DNA from: an uncultured virus (IMG/VR IMGVR_UViG_2791355164_000002) | Lineage: Duplodnaviria > Heunggongvirae > Uroviricota > Caudoviricetes | Virus record (IMG/VR): IMGVR_UViG_2791355164_000002 | Strand: one strand, 5' to 3' | Length of the DNA: 64,000 nucleotides | Shown: positions 27,145-37,220 of the stretch, piece after piece | How the letters are laid out: every line of letters starts with the position of its first letter | How positions within the stretch are numbered: the stretch's first letter is position 1 | Translations under genes and position numbers: made by a program | The notes under the pieces: generated by a model | Told to the model about the DNA's origin: nothing | Database searches by the model: none | What the model saw: only the letters and a program-made list of their open reading frames with translations

Positions 27145-27534
27145 TTATTTAAAGTTAAGACTGGAAAAGAACGCTTTCGGGATGACCGGGCGACCATGAT
27201 AAAGACAGGTGCAGGTAAATACCGCCTCCGCCGCAATGGTTCCATCGAGAAACATCTTCTGAACCATGTTGATCCGATTCGGCTTCGCGTGCTTCTCCGC
27301 CTCACAGGTCACAACAACCGTTTCACCCCGACGAACACTTTTCCGGTATTTCAGATTGTACTCAAGAACCACATACATCTGGCCTTGCTCAAAAAGCTGT
27401 TCGATGTCAACGCCCATTTCTTCATAAAGATAATCATGGCGCGCCCATTCGAAATAGAACGGGTAATAAAGCCCGTCCATCACGCCCTGAAAATCAATGT
27501 GTTTGGGATCGACTTCATAACTTTTTGAGAACAT
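27145..27534 (-). CDS. Hot-dog-fold acyl-CoA thioesterase (4HBT/YbgC-like)
   Basis: IDFQGVMDGLYYPFYFEWAR and VVLEYNLKYRKS motifs. Confidence 0.85.
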   Translation of the reverse strand: MFSKSYEVDPKHIDFQGVMDGLYYPFYFEWARHDYLYEEMGVDIEQLFEQGQMYVVLEYNLKYRKSVRRGETVVVTCEAEKHAKPNRINMVQKMFLDGTIAAEAVFTCTCLYHGRPVIPKAFFSSLNFK

Positions 27535-27801
27535 AGCGACTCCTTTACGTTTTCAAGAAACAAAGCAGCATGACGGTTATGGCCAACACTGCGATCGAGA
27601 TTGAAAAACGTTTGATTTCTTCCCGTTGGTGAACGGGAAGACGGAGATTCCTTAAATTTTGGCCTTTCTTTGTTTTTATCAACGGTTTGTCCTTCTGTGA
27701 AATCGCGCTTTAACGGCGAGACACAGGCAGGTTATCAAAGCCTTTGATCAAAAAATTCACAATCTAAGCCCGCGTTCGGGCATCCACTCGCTGAGGCTCG
27801 C

Positions 27802-29772
27802 GTGATGAATAATCAACGCGCCGTGAGCCTGTTACAGCTGAAAGCCGTTAACGAGAACACCCGGCAAATTACCGGCATCGCAACGACACCCACGCCCGAT
27901 CGTTATGGGGATGTGGTGATGCCGGACGGTGCTCAGTTCAGTTTGCCGATCCCGCTTCTCTGGCAACATGACCACCTTTCCCCGATCGGTGAAGTCACGT
28001 CCGCGCGCGTGACGGATGAGGGGATAGAAATAAAGGCCCAGCTCGCGCGGGCTGATGCCCCAAGCCAGCTCGCCGCGCGTCTCGATGAGGCGTGGCAGTC
28101 TATCCGGCTCGGACTGGTTAAGGGGTTATCGATCGGGTTTCGCCCGATTGAATACGCCTTTATTGATGATGGCGGGATCCGCTTTTCATCATGGGAATGG
28201 TACGAACTTTCTGTTGTGACGGTTCCGGCTAATGCAGAAGGCACGATTTCAACCGTGAAATCGATCGATCAGGAGCTTCGCGCCGCGTCAGGCACTTCCG
28301 AAGCTTCCCAAAAACAACTTCCAAAAGTTGTTCACCTTAAAACCCCCGCTGGCGCTTCAGCACTGATGACCAAATCCATCACACCCAAGAGTAAAAAAAT
28401 GAACGTAGGCGAACAAATCAAATCGTTTGAGACCAAACGCGCGTCTCTTGACGCCGAACGCGCGGAAGTCATGGAAAAGGCTTATGCCGAAGGCCGCACC
28501 CTTGATGCGGAAGAAACCGAAAAATATGACGAACTCAGTGATGAAGTGAAAAGCATTGATTCGCATCTGGGACGACTGCGCGATCTGGAAGCTCAGAAAG
28601 CCGCCAGTGCCAAACCGGTTCAACCCGCAGCAGGCGGCGATGTGGTGAACACGACCAAAACTGTCCAGGCGCCAGCTGTGATCCACGTCGAAAAGCAGCT
28701 TGAAAAAGGCATCGGTTTTGCCCGTATGGCGAAACTGCTGGCCGCAACCAAAGGCGTGAAATCAGAAGCGGCCTATCTGGCTAAACATCAATACCCTGAT
28801 GATGTAAAACTTCAGTCTGTGATGAAGGATCTCATCAGTGCGGGGTCTACTTCTGATCCAAACTGGGCCGGTAATCTTGTGACCGTGCAGGATTACACCG
28901 CAGATTTCATCGATTTCCTGCGTCCCCAAACCATCATTGGCCGTTTCGGTGCGAATGGCATCCCCGGTTTCACCCGTATTCCGTTCAACGTTCGCATTAA
29001 AGGGCAGAACTCAGGCGGTGCGGCGAACTGGGTGGGAGAAGGGAAGGCGAAACCGCTGACCAGCTTCGACTTCAGCCAGATCACCTTAGGGTTCACCAAA
29101 GTCGCCGCGATTGCCGTCCTGACCGATGAGGTGATCCGCCTCTCCACGCCATCCGCTGAATCGCTGGTTCGCCAGTCGCTGGCCGATGCCGTGATCGAGC
29201 GCCTGGATAAAGACTTTATCGATCCGACCAAAACGGCGGTTGATGGGGTTTCGCCAGCATCCGTTACCAACGGTGCAGCTTCTTCGCCTTCAACAGGTAT
29301 TCCCGATCAAGATGCGAACATTGCGCTGTCTGTGTTCATCGATGCCAACCTGTCGCCAACCGGCGCAGTGTGGCTGATGTCCAGCACAACCGCGCTGACG
29401 CTTTCTCAGCGTAAAAATGCGCTGGGGCAACGTGAATACCCTGACATGACCATGTTCGGCGGTACGTTCAACGGCCTGCCGGTGCTTGTGTCTCAGTACA
29501 TCGATGATTCGCTGATCCTGGTGGACGCCCCGAACATCTATCTGGCTGATGATGGCGGCGTAGCCATCGACATTTCAACCGAAGCGTCTCTGGAAATGCA
29601 GTCCACCCCCACTCACGATTCGCTCACCCCAACCCCGATCGAGCTGGTGAGCATGTTCCAGACGAACAGCGTCGCGGTCCGTGCCGAACGCTGGATCAAC
29701 TGGGCGCGTCGTCGTGAAGCGGCGGTTTCCGTTGTGACCGGCGTGGATTACAGCGTCACCGCTGGCAGCTAA
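27802..29772 (+). CDS. Fused prohead protease and HK97-type major capsid protein
   Basis: PLLWQHD, GLSIGFRP, ELSVVTVPAN (protease); WVGEGKAKP and VSMFQTNSVAVRAERWINW (capsid). Confidence 0.95.
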   Translation: MMNNQRAVSLLQLKAVNENTRQITGIATTPTPDRYGDVVMPDGAQFSLPIPLLWQHDHLSPIGEVTSARVTDEGIEIKAQLARADAPSQLAARLDEAWQSIRLGLVKGLSIGFRPIEYAFIDDGGIRFSSWEWYELSVVTVPANAEGTISTVKSIDQELRAASGTSEASQKQLPKVVHLKTPAGASALMTKSITPKSKKMNVGEQIKSFETKRASLDAERAEVMEKAYAEGRTLDAEETEKYDELSDEVKSIDSHLGRLRDLEAQKAASAKPVQPAAGGDVVNTTKTVQAPAVIHVEKQLEKGIGFARMAKLLAATKGVKSEAAYLAKHQYPDDVKLQSVMKDLISAGSTSDPNWAGNLVTVQDYTADFIDFLRPQTIIGRFGANGIPGFTRIPFNVRIKGQNSGGAANWVGEGKAKPLTSFDFSQITLGFTKVAAIAVLTDEVIRLSTPSAESLVRQSLADAVIERLDKDFIDPTKTAVDGVSPASVTNGAASSPSTGIPDQDANIALSVFIDANLSPTGAVWLMSSTTALTLSQRKNALGQREYPDMTMFGGTFNGLPVLVSQYIDDSLILVDAPNIYLADDGGVAIDISTEASLEMQSTPTHDSLTPTPIELVSMFQTNSVAVRAERWINWARRREAAVSVVTGVDYSVTAGS

Positions 29773-29804
29773 GGAGAAGGGCGGGGTTCACCCCGCCCAC
29801 AATT

Positions 29805-29978
29805 ATGATTCAGGTTCGCTACTTAAAAGCCACGCATGACAGTTTCGCCGGGGAGAAGAAATTCATTCGCGGCGATCACGCCCTCATCCTTCAGATGGGT
29901 GGTTTCGTTGAAATCCTTCCCACCCTCGAAAAAACCATAAAGCCACGCAAATCTAAAAAATCAGCGAATGAGGTTTGA
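29805..29978 (+). CDS. 57-aa head-region protein (not in ORF track)
   Basis: MIQVRYLKATHDSFAGEKK...; fills the capsid-portal gap. Confidence 0.6.
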   Translation: MIQVRYLKATHDSFAGEKKFIRGDHALILQMGGFVEILPTLEKTIKPRKSKKSANEV

Positions 29979-29981
29979 TAG

Positions 29982-32900
29982 ATGTTCAATTTCCTCCGGC
30001 GAAAGCCCAAAGAAAAATCTAAAGCCCTCCATTCGCTTCATGCTGGGGCATGGAGTCGGGTTCTTGAGCCTTTCGGCGGAGCATGGCAACGCAACATTGA
30101 AATCAGGCTGGACAGTGTTTTAGCGTTTCCGGCCATCTTCAGCTGTATTTCGCTGATCTCTGCCGATATTGCAAAGATGCCCGTGGCCGTTAAGCGTCGC
30201 CAGTCTAACGGGGTGTGGGTGAAGGTGAACAATCCAGAACTCACGCCACTCCTTGAGAAACCGAATTTCTATCAAACCTCCATGCAGTTCTTTGAACTCT
30301 GGATGATTTCAAAGCTGGCACACGGAAACGCGTATATTCTCAAACTTCGGGATGAAGCGGGGCGCGTGCGCCAGCTGCGCGTGTTAGATCCGCGTCGTGT
30401 GATCCCCTATATTTCCGATGATGGTGAAATCTTCTATTCCATCCTGACCGATGAGCTGAACGGCTTGCCAGGTGGGCTTTATGTCCCAGCTCGTGAACTG
30501 ATTCACGATCGCTTCAACACTTTCTTTCATCCGCTTTGCGGACTCTCACCCGTCTATGCCTCTGGGCTGGCTGCGATCGGCGGTGAGGCGATGTTACGAA
30601 ATTCCGCACATACCTTTAAGAACGGTGGCAAGCCTGGCGGGATCATCACTGTCCCCGGATCGGTGGATGCGGATAAAGCGCGCGAGATTAAAGATAACTG
30701 GAACGAAGGTTATACGGGCGAGAATGCAGGTAAAACAGCCTTGCTTGCTGATGGCGCGGCTTTCGTCGCCGTGGCGCAGACCGCGACGGATTCGCAGCTG
30801 GTGGAACAGCTCAATCTGTCGAATCAGCTCGTGGCGTCAACCTTTCGCGTCCCGCTCTATAAAATCGATACCGGTCAAACCCCGTCTTATAACAACATCG
30901 AGGCGCTTGAGCAGGCGTATTACTCACAGTGCCTTCAGGTTCATATGACGGCCATAGAAGGCCTGCTTGCGGATACGTTCGATTTGAACGATCAGACCTG
31001 TGTAGAGTTCGACCACAGCCGTCTTCTGAGAATGGACACCGCCGCGCGATATAAATCCTATGGCGACGGCATCGGAGCCGGTTTCCTTGCCCCGAATGAG
31101 GCGCGCATTAAGGAAAATATGGATCCGGTTGAAGGGGGTGATACGCCTTATCTTCAGCAGCAGAATTATTCACTGGAAGCGCTGGCGAAACGTGATGCGC
31201 AGGATAATCCCTTTTCCTCAAGCTCAGGATCTTCATCGATTAATTCTGATGATGACAGCTCTGATAATAATCCACCCGCCTCGAATCAACCTGATCCTAA
31301 TCAACCTCTTACCGAAAATGAAGCTGAGAATGTTCGCGCCTTAATCCTTTATTATGAACATAGCGAAAATAACGAGAATGAAATGATTTCAGAACGCGAA
31401 ATGTCATTAATAAAAACGCTCGGTCAGTCGACGCATGAGATTATTAAAGAAGCCGTCGATAATATTCGGGATGAATTTCAACCTCACCTTGAAGATAAAG
31501 ATAATACGATTGCTTATCTCAATAAAAATCTTCAGGAAGCTTACGAGATCAATCTTAAATGTCATACATTGCTGACCGAACATAAAGAACTCGTGCTTGA
31601 CCTGAAAAAAGAAGTGGAAGAGATCGAAAAGAACGCTGTCGATGAATCTGCCATTGCCTCGATGGTCTATGCGATGATTGAAATTCCAGATGCGCCGGAA
31701 TTACCCGATATTCCCGCTATCGTTAAGGACGCGGTGTCGCATATCCCGATCCCGGTACATGAACCGTTACCGGATATAGCGGAAATGGTTCTGAATGCGG
31801 TGCGTGTTGCCCGTGAAGGTGATCCTTCGGCTGAAGATATTGCTGAAATGGTCCGAAAAGCCGTGGGTGAAATCGAGATCCCGAAACCTGAACCCGCCAT
31901 TCCGCCTGACATTGAGGCGATTATTGATCAGGTGGTGGAACAATTTGTTCAGCCCGAACCCGAACCGCTGCCGGACATTAAAGCGATGGTCGAAGAGGCG
32001 GTGTCTCGCATCACGATCCCTCAGCCCGAACCCTTGCCCGATATTGGTGCAATGGTGAAATCAGCTATCGAGGCCATCCCGATCCCTCAGCCTGAGCCGC
32101 TACCGGATTTCGCTCAAATGATAGAGAAAGCCGTTTCAGAGATTGAGATCCCTCAACCGGAACCGCTGCCTGATGTGGAAAAGATGGTGAATGCAGCGGT
32201 TGATCGCATTGAGGTTTACCAGCCTGAACCGTTGCCCGATTTCTCGGTGATGGTGAAAGAAGCGGTTGATCTTGCCGTCGCGGCGATTGAGTTGCCGAAG
32301 CCTGAGCCGCTCCCGGATTTTAAAACCATCATCAAATCGGCCATTGAGAACATCAGGTTACCGGAACCTTCGCCGCTGCCGGACATTCCGGCCATGATCA
32401 GTGATGCGATTGAGGCGTTCACCCCACCTGAGCCTGATGTGAAGGCCATCGCTCGCGAGGTGATGAGGCAAATTCCGGTTCCTGAGATCGAACCCTTACC
32501 GGATTTTGCATCGATGATTCAAAAAGCGGTGAGTGAAATTGATCTTCCTGAACCTGAGCCGCTACCCGATATTCAGCAGCTGGTGGAAGAGGCGGTGAAG
32601 GGCATCGACATCCCGATCCCTGAGCCGAAGCCACTACCAGATATTAAAGCGATGGTTAAGGAAGCCGTGTCGTCTATCGCGATCCCGCAGCCGAAAGACC
32701 CTGAGCCATTGCCCGATATTCAGCAGATGGTGGAAGAAGCAATGAAGGGCATCGACATCCCGATCCCCGAACCTCAGCCACTGCCGGATATAAAAGCAAT
32801 GGTCCAGGAGGCCGTGTCCTCTATCGCGATCCCTCAACCTAAAGACCCCGAGCCGTTGCCTGATATTCAACAGCTCGTGGAAGAGGCGGTTAAGGGTATC

Positions 32901-33731
32901 GACATCCCGATCCCCGAACCGCAGCCACTGCCGGATATAAAGGCAATGATTCAGGAGGCGGTGTCCGCTATCGAGATACCCAAACCCAAAGATCCTGAAC
33001 CATTACCCGACATTGCGAGGCTGTTAGAGCGTGCCGTGTCTGAATACCCGATGCCTGAACCCGAACCCTTACCGGATATTGAAAAAATGGTGAGAGAAGC
33101 CGTTGCTGCCATCGAGATCCCTCAACCGAAAGAACCAGAACCGTTACCTGACATTGCCGCGCTCGTCGCCGGTGCGGTTGCCGGTATTCAGTTCCCGGAC
33201 CCGGAACCGATTGAGCTGCCCGACTTTGCCAAAATGATCGCCGAAGCGGTTCAGAACGCCGTCGCCGCGCTGCCTGCACCTGAACCGGGTAAGGGTGAGG
33301 ACGGAAAAGACGGCCTTCAGATCGAGGTGTTACCTGAAATTAACGTCAATAAGAGCTATCCGCGCGGAACCTATGCCATTCATAACGGCGGATTATGGCG
33401 GGCTTACCAGAAAACCTCAGGTCTGAGCGGATTTGAATGTGTGGTGAACGGGCTGAATGACATCGATGTGAACGTTGAAGGGGATCGTCACTTTACGGTT
33501 CGCATGAGTAAATCAAACGGCGAAACCGAAGAGCGGGATTTCACTCTTCCTGTGATGATTTACCGTGATGTCTATCAGGCTGGACAGACCTATTACCCTG
33601 GCGACTGCGTGACGTTCGGCGGTTCTATCTGGCACTGCTACGAAGAAACCGATAACCGGCCTAACGATGTCGGTTCAACAGGCTGGCGGCTCGCCGTTAA
33701 AAAAGGGCGGGATGGAAGGAGCAATTCATGA
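29982..33731 (+). CDS. HK97-type portal with an approximately 830-aa Pro-rich repeat extension
   Basis: Portal motifs GNAY, IHDR, GLSPV, PNEAR in the first ~410 aa; then a coiled coil, repeats and a C-terminal domain ending WRLAVKKGRDG. Confidence 0.9.
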   Translation: MFNFLRRKPKEKSKALHSLHAGAWSRVLEPFGGAWQRNIEIRLDSVLAFPAIFSCISLISADIAKMPVAVKRRQSNGVWVKVNNPELTPLLEKPNFYQTSMQFFELWMISKLAHGNAYILKLRDEAGRVRQLRVLDPRRVIPYISDDGEIFYSILTDELNGLPGGLYVPARELIHDRFNTFFHPLCGLSPVYASGLAAIGGEAMLRNSAHTFKNGGKPGGIITVPGSVDADKAREIKDNWNEGYTGENAGKTALLADGAAFVAVAQTATDSQLVEQLNLSNQLVASTFRVPLYKIDTGQTPSYNNIEALEQAYYSQCLQVHMTAIEGLLADTFDLNDQTCVEFDHSRLLRMDTAARYKSYGDGIGAGFLAPNEARIKENMDPVEGGDTPYLQQQNYSLEALAKRDAQDNPFSSSSGSSSINSDDDSSDNNPPASNQPDPNQPLTENEAENVRALILYYEHSENNENEMISEREMSLIKTLGQSTHEIIKEAVDNIRDEFQPHLEDKDNTIAYLNKNLQEAYEINLKCHTLLTEHKELVLDLKKEVEEIEKNAVDESAIASMVYAMIEIPDAPELPDIPAIVKDAVSHIPIPVHEPLPDIAEMVLNAVRVAREGDPSAEDIAEMVRKAVGEIEIPKPEPAIPPDIEAIIDQVVEQFVQPEPEPLPDIKAMVEEAVSRITIPQPEPLPDIGAMVKSAIEAIPIPQPEPLPDFAQMIEKAVSEIEIPQPEPLPDVEKMVNAAVDRIEVYQPEPLPDFSVMVKEAVDLAVAAIELPKPEPLPDFKTIIKSAIENIRLPEPSPLPDIPAMISDAIEAFTPPEPDVKAIAREVMRQIPVPEIEPLPDFASMIQKAVSEIDLPEPEPLPDIQQLVEEAVKGIDIPIPEPKPLPDIKAMVKEAVSSIAIPQPKDPEPLPDIQQMVEEAMKGIDIPIPEPQPLPDIKAMVQEAVSSIAIPQPKDPEPLPDIQQLVEEAVKGIDIPIPEPQPLPDIKAMIQEAVSAIEIPKPKDPEPLPDIARLLERAVSEYPMPEPEPLPDIEKMVREAVAAIEIPQPKEPEPLPDIAALVAGAVAGIQFPDPEPIELPDFAKMIAEAVQNAVAALPAPEPGKGEDGKDGLQIEVLPEINVNKSYPRGTYAIHNGGLWRAYQKTSGLSGFECVVNGLNDIDVNVEGDRHFTVRMSKSNGETEERDFTLPVMIYRDVYQAGQTYYPGDCVTFGGSIWHCYEETDNRPNDVGSTGWRLAVKKGRDGRSNS
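31690..33290 (+). repeat. About 23 coding repeats PEPLPD(I/F)xxMVxEAVxxIxIP
   Basis: Counted in the translation; includes three 147-bp units starting at 32568, 32715 and 32862. Confidence 0.92.
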
Positions 33732-34057
33732 TCGCCTTCGTGACGCTTGATGAGGCGAAAGCGCATCTTCGCATCGATCAGACTGCCGGAGATGATGAGC
33801 TTCAGCAAAAAATCTATTCGGCCAGCGCCGCCATTCTGGATTACATCCAGAGTTCGCGCGATCTGCTGGTCGATGATAATGGCGCGGTGATTGAGGGAAC
33901 GAACGAACTCGATCGGGTAAAGATGGCGACCCTGCTTTTAATCGGCATTCTCGATCGTGTGCGAAATGGGGAAGAAGAAACCACTTACCATCAGGGTTAT
34001 CTCCCGTTTACCGTCACCAGCCTGATTTATTCACTTCGTAAACCCACGATTGTTTAA
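33728..34057 (+). CDS. Head-tail connector (gp6-like)
   Basis: VTLDEAKAHLRID..DDE motif. Confidence 0.9.
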   Translation: MIAFVTLDEAKAHLRIDQTAGDDELQQKIYSASAAILDYIQSSRDLLVDDNGAVIEGTNELDRVKMATLLLIGILDRVRNGEEETTYHQGYLPFTVTSLIYSLRKPTIV

Positions 34058-34127
34058 GGAGGGGTCATGGCCTGCGCCGGATGTGCTGCGCGTCGTGCGT
34101 GGCTTAAAAAAATGGCCCGTTTAGCTT

Positions 34128-34301
34128 ATGAACGCACCTTTGGAAGAAAATCTGATCCAGGCACTCAGCCAACAGACAGCCGCGATAAACCGACTCGCTG
34201 AATCGAATGAAAGCCTCGTGGCCGTGATTTACGATTCATTCCTGTCTGAAGACGATGATCATCCCGCTCAAATTTACCTGAACGGGAAACCGCGAGGATG
34301 A
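34128..34301 (+). CDS. 57-aa head-tail region protein (a 44-aa MACAGC ORF at 34067-34201 overlaps it)
   Basis: Read by hand: MNAPLEENLIQALSQQTAAINRLAESNE...YLNGKPRG. Confidence 0.55.
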   Translation: MNAPLEENLIQALSQQTAAINRLAESNESLVAVIYDSFLSEDDDHPAQIYLNGKPRG

Positions 34302-34304
34302 CCG

Positions 34305-34637
34305 ATGAAAGCGGGCATATTAAAGCATTATGTCGACCTTCAGTCTCATCGCGACATTCAGGATCCGATTACCGGTGACATCACCGAAATCTGGGAAACA
34401 CAAGCGTCAGTATGGGCGGAGGTCGCGCCACTCTCAGGACGGGAATTTATCGCCGCCAACGCGATTCAGTCAGAAATCCGGGCGCGCATCACGATGCGTT
34501 ATCGGGATGATGTGACCAGCGACTGGCGGATCCTGTTCCGGGGGAAAATTTACAACATCGCGGCCATTCTTCCCGATCTCTGGTCCGGCCTGGATTACAT
34601 GACCTTACCTTGCACAGAAGGGGTAAACGATGGCTGA
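34305..34637 (+). CDS. Head closure protein / head-tail adaptor
   Basis: WAEVAPLSGREF, RITMRYR, RILFRGKIYNI. Confidence 0.9.
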   Translation: MKAGILKHYVDLQSHRDIQDPITGDITEIWETQASVWAEVAPLSGREFIAANAIQSEIRARITMRYRDDVTSDWRILFRGKIYNIAAILPDLWSGLDYMTLPCTEGVNDG

Positions 34638-35115
34638 TGGTGTTGATTTCTCGATCGTGGGGGTGGATTCCCTTCTGGGTAAGCTGTTCGAAGTGTCTGA
34701 TGACCTCAGGCGCAGAGGCGGGCGCGCTGCACTTCGCAAAGCCGGGAACATTATCGTGAGGCGTGCGCAGCAAATCGCCGCACGCGTAGATGATCCGCAT
34801 ACCGGGCGAAGCATTGAAGATAATATTGCGCTTCGCTGGAATGGTCGGGAGTTCAAACAGCATGGAAATATTGCTTTTCGCATTGGGGTTTTACATGGTG
34901 CTGTTCTTGTAAACCATCCCGATCTGGGAGAGAACGCGCCGACCCCACACTGGCGATTACTCGAATTCGGAACCGAAAAAATGCGGGCGCGCCCGATAAT
35001 GCGACCGGCGATGGAAGCCAGCATGAATGATGTGCTGCATACCTTTACCACCGAGTATGAAAAATCCCTCGATCGCGCCATCAAGCGCGCCCGAAAGCGG
35101 AGCCAGCCATCATGA
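34630..35115 (+). CDS. HK97 gp10-family protein
   Basis: WRLLEFGTEKMRARPIMRPA. Confidence 0.9.
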   Translation: MADGVDFSIVGVDSLLGKLFEVSDDLRRRGGRAALRKAGNIIVRRAQQIAARVDDPHTGRSIEDNIALRWNGREFKQHGNIAFRIGVLHGAVLVNHPDLGENAPTPHWRLLEFGTEKMRARPIMRPAMEASMNDVLHTFTTEYEKSLDRAIKRARKRSQPS

Positions 35116-35480
35116 TGAATGCACCTATTTTCGAAGTGCTCGCCCAAAGTCCTGATGTGATGAAATATCTCGGGCCGACCATTCTCCGCTTTTATGATTT
35201 TGCCAATAAACCTGAAAAGGCCACCTATCCCTATGGCACATTTCAGAACTATGCCGGTTCACCGCAGATGTTTCTGGGAACCTTGCCGGATGTCGATATG
35301 TTCTCGCTTCAGGTCGACGTTTTCGCAAAGACCGCCGCAGAGGCCCGAAATATCGCGCTGGCGATCCGGGATGCCATCGAGCCGCATTCCTACATCACCC
35401 GCTGGGGCGATCACGTCCAGGATGATGAAACCAAAAGTTATCGCTATTCGTTCGACGTTGACTGGATGGTTCTTCGATAA
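35112..35480 (+). CDS. Tail terminator (DUF3168-like)
   Basis: LQVDVFA motif; directly before the tail tube gene. Confidence 0.8.
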   Translation: MMNAPIFEVLAQSPDVMKYLGPTILRFYDFANKPEKATYPYGTFQNYAGSPQMFLGTLPDVDMFSLQVDVFAKTAAEARNIALAIRDAIEPHSYITRWGDHVQDDETKSYRYSFDVDWMVLR

Positions 35481-35531
35481 CCCATCCCACCCAGCCGCCT
35501 CAGGGCGGTTTTTTTTCGCGTGGAGAAAATC

Positions 35532-36032
35532 ATGTCTGTTTTAACGCAAGGAACCCAACTCTGGGTTTATAACAATGTCACAGTCGGGGAGATTGAATGT
35601 ATCACTGCCTTTAACCCCGGCTCTTCTCCAGCCGATCAGATTGAAGATACTTGTCTAAGCGAAAAGAGCACGCGCACCTATAAAAAAGGGCTGCGCACCC
35701 CGGCGCAGGCTTCGCTGACCCTGAACGCGGATCCGAATAACCAGAGTCATCTGATGTTGAGTAATCTCGCCGAAACCGCCGACCAGTCCGATCTGGTATT
35801 TGCTATCGGGTGGAGTGATGGGGATTCCGAACCCACGGTTGATAGTACGGATTCCGATAATGCCGTTGATGGTTTGATCCTCCCATCCGATCGGACCTGG
35901 TATGTTTTCAAAGGATATGTGTCCGATTTCCCGTTTGATTTCCAGGCGAACACCGTGGTTCAGTCAACCGGCACAATCCAGCGTTCGGGCGCGGGGATCT
36001 GGGTTCCTAAGGTCGCGGATGCGGGTTCGTAG
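35532..36032 (+). CDS. Major tail tube protein
   Basis: [35 protein letters not shown]. Confidence 0.9.
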   Translation: MSVLTQGTQLWVYNNVTVGEIECITAFNPGSSPADQIEDTCLSEKSTRTYKKGLRTPAQASLTLNADPNNQSHLMLSNLAETADQSDLVFAIGWSDGDSEPTVDSTDSDNAVDGLILPSDRTWYVFKGYVSDFPFDFQANTVVQSTGTIQRSGAGIWVPKVADAGS

Positions 36033-36099
36033 CACATTTGGCAACCTGACATAAGTATATACATTGTATAATCCCCTTCATTGAGTTGAGGGGGAAATA

Positions 36100-36750
36100 A
36101 TGAAAAATTTACGTTGGAAGGGTGGTTTGATTGTTGCGGCAGCGGTTATCGGTTTTCAGTGGTATGTTGAGGCGAATCCGGTTGAACCCGTCAAACCCGT
36201 TGAAGATGTGAAGCATGAAACCCTGACGAAGATGAACAGTTTGAATCTGTCACTGCCAACCACCCCCGTGACTGAAAAAGTGAAGGTGATTAAAAACTGG
36301 CAATATCATTTTGAAAATGACCAGCTTCGTCACACCATTAAAGAATATGGTGACAATGCATCACAGAATAAAATCAAATTTGCTTTTCCGTATGATCGCG
36401 ATACCTGGCTTCATATTATGACCGTCAGCGGCAATCTGAATATGAAAAAATATAAACCTCATGCGCCCGTTCGCGAGGTTTACTTAACCACCAATAACGG
36501 TCAATTTGAATGCGGTTATGACGGCTGTTATGCCTCAGTGAGTTTTGATGGCGGTAAAGTTCATCGTTTCCATCTTGAAATGATAAATACCTATCCGAAC
36601 AATGTTATGTATATGACTGACGGTCAGGCCTTCATTAAAGAGGCGAAGAAACACAAAAACGCGATTATTGAGGTCGATTATTTCAATAACGGTTCGCAAC
36701 AATTTATGTTTAGCCTTCATGATGAAAAGTTAAAGTCTTTTTCATCTTAA
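36100..36750 (+). CDS. Exported or membrane-anchored moron protein
   Basis: N-terminal hydrophobic segment; own promoter-like region and terminator 36758-36778. Confidence 0.8.
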   Translation: MKNLRWKGGLIVAAAVIGFQWYVEANPVEPVKPVEDVKHETLTKMNSLNLSLPTTPVTEKVKVIKNWQYHFENDQLRHTIKEYGDNASQNKIKFAFPYDRDTWLHIMTVSGNLNMKKYKPHAPVREVYLTTNNGQFECGYDGCYASVSFDGGKVHRFHLEMINTYPNNVMYMTDGQAFIKEAKKHKNAIIEVDYFNNGSQQFMFSLHDEKLKSFSS

Positions 36751-36815
36751 GCCTCACAGCCCGCTTCGGCGGGTTTTTCATTTCTCTCTGATTTCGATTC
36801 TGTTAAGATCTCATT

Positions 36816-37177
36816 GCTGCGCTTTCGGCTGTTTGTCGTGAGCATCAGTGATCGGCAGGCAAAAGAAAGCCCCCAGCAAACTTTTTATCATTTGGAGGGG
36901 GCGACCCTTGTCTTCGCAACACAAGAGTAGCCCCTTAACCGCCGAAAGGCAAGTTTGGAGGCTCAACCATGCAAAACAAAGGCGCAGTTATGGCTGCGAT
37001 CATCTGTTTAACCATTCTGGCTGTTATCTGGCTGGAACGTGACAGGCTCTGTGATGTTCGCATTAAAACGAATGTCTTTGAGGTTGACGCCGGGTTGAGC
37101 TACGAACTTAACAGTTAAGGGGTCTGAAGGCGGGGTTCGTCCCCGCCATCAGGCGAAGAATTGTCGCAAAGCGCAGC
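36816..37177 (+). other. hok/sok-type type I toxin-antitoxin locus 1
   Basis: 5-prime GCTGCGCTTT (36816) is complementary to 3-prime AAAGCGCAGC (37168), giving fold-back pairing; hok-like leader; mok-like ORF 36848-37042. Confidence 0.8.
36969..37118 (+). CDS. Hok/Gef-family toxin 1 (not in ORF track)
   Basis: MQNKGAVMAAIICLTILAVIWLERDRLCDVRIKTNVFEVDAGLSYELNS. Confidence 0.9.
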   Translation: MQNKGAVMAAIICLTILAVIWLERDRLCDVRIKTNVFEVDAGLSYELNS

Positions 37178-37220
37178 TTTCACAGAACCCGCCTCGTGCG
37201 GGTTTTTTCATGGACAAAAA

